Source of the DNA: Candidatus Poribacteria bacterium
GTDB lineage: Bacteria; Poribacteria; WGA-4E; PCPOR2b
Length of the DNA: 64,000 nt
Reading direction: 5' to 3'
NCBI GenBank assembly: GCA_965208675.1
Contig: OZ242351.1
Span: 896,001 to 960,000 of the forward strand
Shown here: positions 60,620 through 64,000 of the stretch, piece by piece
Numbering within the stretch: position 1 is the first letter of the stretch
Layout: each line of letters opens with the position of its first letter
Position numbers and translations under genes: made by a program
The notes under the pieces: generated by a model
Databases searched by the model: none
Seen by the model: the letters and a program-made list of their open reading frames with translations, nothing else
Told to the model about the DNA's origin: nothing

Positions 60620-60954
60620 ATTGGCTTTTAACTATCTCGGTTTTCTGATTTAGTTGTCGGGATTATCTAGTTACGGTGAAATATCAACTGGACCTAGACG
60701 ATTGGCGTAAGTACACAGGTTCAATCGTCTCTGCGGTCGGGTCAAACCGGGAAATTACGTTTGTGATAACTTCTAGGGCTGCACACATCGGCGTTATTGA
60801 GAGATTTTTATCACGGAATGAACCAACCTTCAATTTCAGTCCCGGCAAAGGCTGGAAACCGTTGTTTTCAATTCTTCTCACAATTCAATTGATCGGTCTG
60901 ATTGATGTGCTTTTCGCGGCGGAGGTAAACGGTAAGCGTGACGAGGAATCAACG

Positions 60955-62595
60955 ATGCAAAGTGAACAATTAATGGGAACACCCAACACCCTTGATTTGG
61001 TAGCGCGGGCGCGGTTTGCCATCAACGCGATGACGCGAAGCACCAATCCGGAAGCGGAGTACGCTGTCTACTTCACCGGGGTGCTTCACCGCAATCCGCC
61101 GACGCTCCTGAGGGAAATCCCGTTGTACGGAAAATTCATGGAAGGGTTGGCGTTAATGCGCATCATGACGAGCGGTGAATTTGACACACGTCCATCTACG
61201 CAACCGGTGGACTTTAACCGGCACGTGGACCGTGCCTGGCGGGATGCCTTTCTGCGCACGCTAGAGAATCAGGATCTCACATTGGTTGGCGCCGAAGGCG
61301 GACGGCAGCTCGCATGGTTGGCGATTCAATATAAGCAGACCCAAGACGCCATGTGGAAAGAACTCGGCGACACAGTAATCCAAAGGGCACTCAGAACGAC
61401 GATCCATCAAAACGGCTACTGCTATTTCCCGATTGACGCGGAAGGCACAATGCCGACGGCATGGGGGGCGACCTACCAAGGGTGGACGCTTCAGGGCGTG
61501 ACCCAGTTTTATTTGGCGACCGGCTCTGAAGCGGCGCTGGAACTGGCGGGCAAACTCGCCCGCTACTTAAAAGATCACTCCGGCATGTTTGATGCTGACG
61601 GGCGCTTTCTCGCACGCCACGACGTTGATGTTCCGCTCGACCCGCCGGCTACGCTTGGACCTGCGCTGCATTTTCACCACAACGGCAACACCATGGAATC
61701 GCTCTCGGAGTATGCGTGGGCGAGCGGCGAGGCGGAATTTGGCGAATTCGCGAAGAGATGTTACGAATACGCCCGTTCACTCCCCGACTCATCGCCGCTG
61801 GTCGGCTTTTTTCAAGAGTACATTGACGATTGGCCCGATAACCGCGGCGTAATAGACTGCGAAACCTGCTGTGTCGTTGACATGATGTTGACTGCGCTCT
61901 GGATGACGAAGGCGGGCGTGGAGGATTACTGGGACGATATCGACCGATATTTGCGAAATCAGTTCGCCGAGATGCAGATGACGTCAGGCGATTGGTTAAC
62001 CCGGATGACGGAAGAACTGCCGTATCGACCGCCGGGCGAGGGCGAGATTTCCATGCGTTCGCCGGACCGCTGGGTCGGCACCTTCGCCGGTTGGGCGACT
62101 GCCAATGACTTCTTCGCAATCGGCGCGGGTCCCGGCATAATGCACTGCTGCACCGGCAACGGATCACGGGCGCTATACTACTTATGGGAGAATACGCTAG
62201 AATACAAAGACGGAGAGTTACGGCTCAATCTGCTTCTTAACCGGCAATCTCCATGGGTGCAAGTCAGCAGCCATATCCCGTATGAAGGCAAGGTTGAGTT
62301 GAAGGTCAAGGCGGGGTGTGAAAATATTGCCGTTCGCACGCCCGCATGGGTCGGAAGTTCAAGCGGCGCACTGTCGTGCCGCGTTAACGGCACACCTCGC
62401 AAAATTAGTTGGAATGGCCGCTATGTTCACATCGGCAAAGCTGCGCCCGGTGACAAAGTTGATATCACGTTTCCGATATCGGAACGGACGGTGGAAGAAA
62501 CGGTAGGCGGTGTCGATTATACGCTTGTAATCCGGGGCAACAACGTGATTTCCATCTCTCCGCCGGGGAAGAATTACCCTTTTTATAACCGATAA
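60955..62595 (+). CDS. GH127-like (beta-L-arabinofuranosidase-like, Cys/Zn) glycosidase, copy 1
   Basis: GAGGA RBS before ATG 60955 (matches paralogue start); HFHH, CETCC, HCCTGN, PYEG.V, RTPAW. Confidence 0.7.
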   Translation: MQSEQLMGTPNTLDLVARARFAINAMTRSTNPEAEYAVYFTGVLHRNPPTLLREIPLYGKFMEGLALMRIMTSGEFDTRPSTQPVDFNRHVDRAWRDAFLRTLENQDLTLVGAEGGRQLAWLAIQYKQTQDAMWKELGDTVIQRALRTTIHQNGYCYFPIDAEGTMPTAWGATYQGWTLQGVTQFYLATGSEAALELAGKLARYLKDHSGMFDADGRFLARHDVDVPLDPPATLGPALHFHHNGNTMESLSEYAWASGEAEFGEFAKRCYEYARSLPDSSPLVGFFQEYIDDWPDNRGVIDCETCCVVDMMLTALWMTKAGVEDYWDDIDRYLRNQFAEMQMTSGDWLTRMTEELPYRPPGEGEISMRSPDRWVGTFAGWATANDFFAIGAGPGIMHCCTGNGSRALYYLWENTLEYKDGELRLNLLLNRQSPWVQVSSHIPYEGKVELKVKAGCENIAVRTPAWVGSSSGALSCRVNGTPRKISWNGRYVHIGKAAPGDKVDITFPISERTVEETVGGVDYTLVIRGNNVISISPPGKNYPFYNR

Positions 62596-62904
62596 TGGAT
62601 TTGCACCTTTCTTAAGCGAACTAAACTGAACGAATGCGACCTCAATTTGATTCATGGTAGTTTATTATGCGCCGCGCAATTCAACCTACCTACTAAAGTC
62701 AATGACGATGATATGACATATTGCAACGATTCACTAATCGGTCTTATAGAAAAAGTCTTATCAACAATGAGACGGTTATGCAATTTCAATCCCTCGAAAT
62801 GTTGGAAACTGAGACTCCCATTTTTTCGCGCGATTCTACCGCTCGGGTTGATTGCCGCGGTTTTCGTTTCGGGGGGCTACGGAAAGCTCAAGGAGGAACC
62901 AACG

Positions 62905-64000
62905 ATGCAAAATGAACAATTAGCAGAGGCACCCAACACGCTAGATTTGGTAGAGCGGGCTGGGTATGCGATTAACGCGATGACGCGAAGCACCAATCCG
63001 GAAGCGGAGTACGCGGTCTACTTCACCGGTGTGCTCCACCGCAACCCGCCGACTCTGTCGGGGCAAATCCCGCTTTACGGTAAATTCATGGAAGGGACGG
63101 CGTTGATGCGCATTATGACGAGCGGCGAATTCAACACACGCCCATCTTCCCAACCCAAGGATTTCAATCGACACGTGGACCGAGTCTGGCAAGATGCGTT
63201 TGTGCGGTTACTAACTGAAAGTAAGCCGGTGCTTACGGGGCCCGAAGGCGGACGGCAGCTCGCATGGTTAGCCATTCAGTATCGGCAGACGAAAGACGCA
63301 ATGTGGAAGGAACTCGGTGAATCGGCGATTCAGCGCGCGCTAGATGCGGCGGTCCATCAAGATGGCTTCTGTTATTTCCCGCACGGTGCAGAAGGGACGA
63401 TGCCGACGGGCTGGGGGGCGACCTATCAAGGGTGGACGCTTCAAGGGCTCAGCCAGTTTTATATTGCGACCGGCTCGGACGTTGCACTGGAACTGGCGGG
63501 CAAACTTGCCCGCTATTTGAAGGATCACGCCGGTGTGTTTGATGCGGACGGGCGGTTTCTATCGCGTCACGGCGATTCCATTCCGCACAGCCCGCCAGCC
63601 ACACTTGGACCTGCGCTGCATTTCCACCACAACGGCAATGCGATGGAAGGGCTGATGGAGTACGCGTTGGCAAGCGGCGATGCGGAATATGCTGAATTCG
63701 CGAAAAAATGCTATGAATACGCGCGTTCACTCCCCGATTCATCGCCGCTCATCGGCTTTTTTCAGGAGTACATTGACGATTGGCCCGATAACCGCGGCGT
63801 AATAGACTGCGAAACCTGCTGTGTTGTTGACATGATGCTGACGGCGCTCTGGATGACGAAGGCGGGCGTTGGCGATTATTGGGACGACATTGACCGGTAC
63901 ATGCGGAACCAGTTCGCCGAGATGCAGATGACCACCGGAGATTGGCTGGAAAAAATGAATGAAGGGCTATCATATCAACCGCCGGGCGAGAATGAGATTG
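62905..64000 (+). CDS. GH127-like glycosidase, copy 2 (runs off window; missing from ORF track)
   Basis: GGAGG RBS; MQNEQLAEAPNTLDLVERAGYAINAMTRSTNPEAEYAVYF... colinear with copy 1 including CETCC. Confidence 0.75.
   Translation, partial: MQNEQLAEAPNTLDLVERAGYAINAMTRSTNPEAEYAVYFTGVLHRNPPTLSGQIPLYGKFMEGTALMRIMTSGEFNTRPSSQPKDFNRHVDRVWQDAFVRLLTESKPVLTGPEGGRQLAWLAIQYRQTKDAMWKELGESAIQRALDAAVHQDGFCYFPHGAEGTMPTGWGATYQGWTLQGLSQFYIATGSDVALELAGKLARYLKDHAGVFDADGRFLSRHGDSIPHSPPATLGPALHFHHNGNAMEGLMEYALASGDAEYAEFAKKCYEYARSLPDSSPLIGFFQEYIDDWPDNRGVIDCETCCVVDMMLTALWMTKAGVGDYWDDIDRYMRNQFAEMQMTTGDWLEKMNEGLSYQPPGENEI

Noticed and set aside
60676-60954. 93-aa N-terminal extension of GH127-like copy 1
   Set aside because: The paralogue starts at the equivalent of ATG 60955, which has its own RBS
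1-64000. tRNA, rRNA, tmRNA, RNase P, known riboswitches, and the many short antisense ORFs
   Set aside because: No signature sequences recognised by eye (not a substitute for a covariance search); the short ORFs are shadows of longer genes

Overview
Bacterial chromosomal window from a diderm (lptFG present). Gene content (TPR, CRTAC1/ASPIC, phytanoyl-CoA dioxygenase, Gfo/Idh/MocA, trypsin-TPR proteins, GTAG-type REPs) suggests a Ca. Poribacteria-like sponge symbiont; this is inference only. Main discovery: three separate ORF-track entries (7704-8543, 8559-8945, 9773-10147) are one gene for a bacterial homologue of animal selenoprotein N (SELENON). It has an in-frame UGA in WGALDDESC-U, a bacterial SECIS-like hairpin just downstream and an extra C-terminal domain that an intact IS5-family element has cut off. 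Second notable locus (47-60.6 kb): four genes with five intact trypsin-like protease domains, two ending in a short (~10-strand) outer-membrane beta-barrel, plus a barrel-fragment paralogue, a PEGA-like anchor and a BamE-like lipoprotein. Also present: a divergent RuBisCO-like protein in a sugar-catabolic context, an octaheme HAO-family cytochrome with a membrane partner, tandem GH127-like paralogues, acyl-CoA catabolism genes, aroA, dacB, REP/MITE-like repeats and a hairpin-dense intergenic region. All family calls come from motif recognition; no database search was run.
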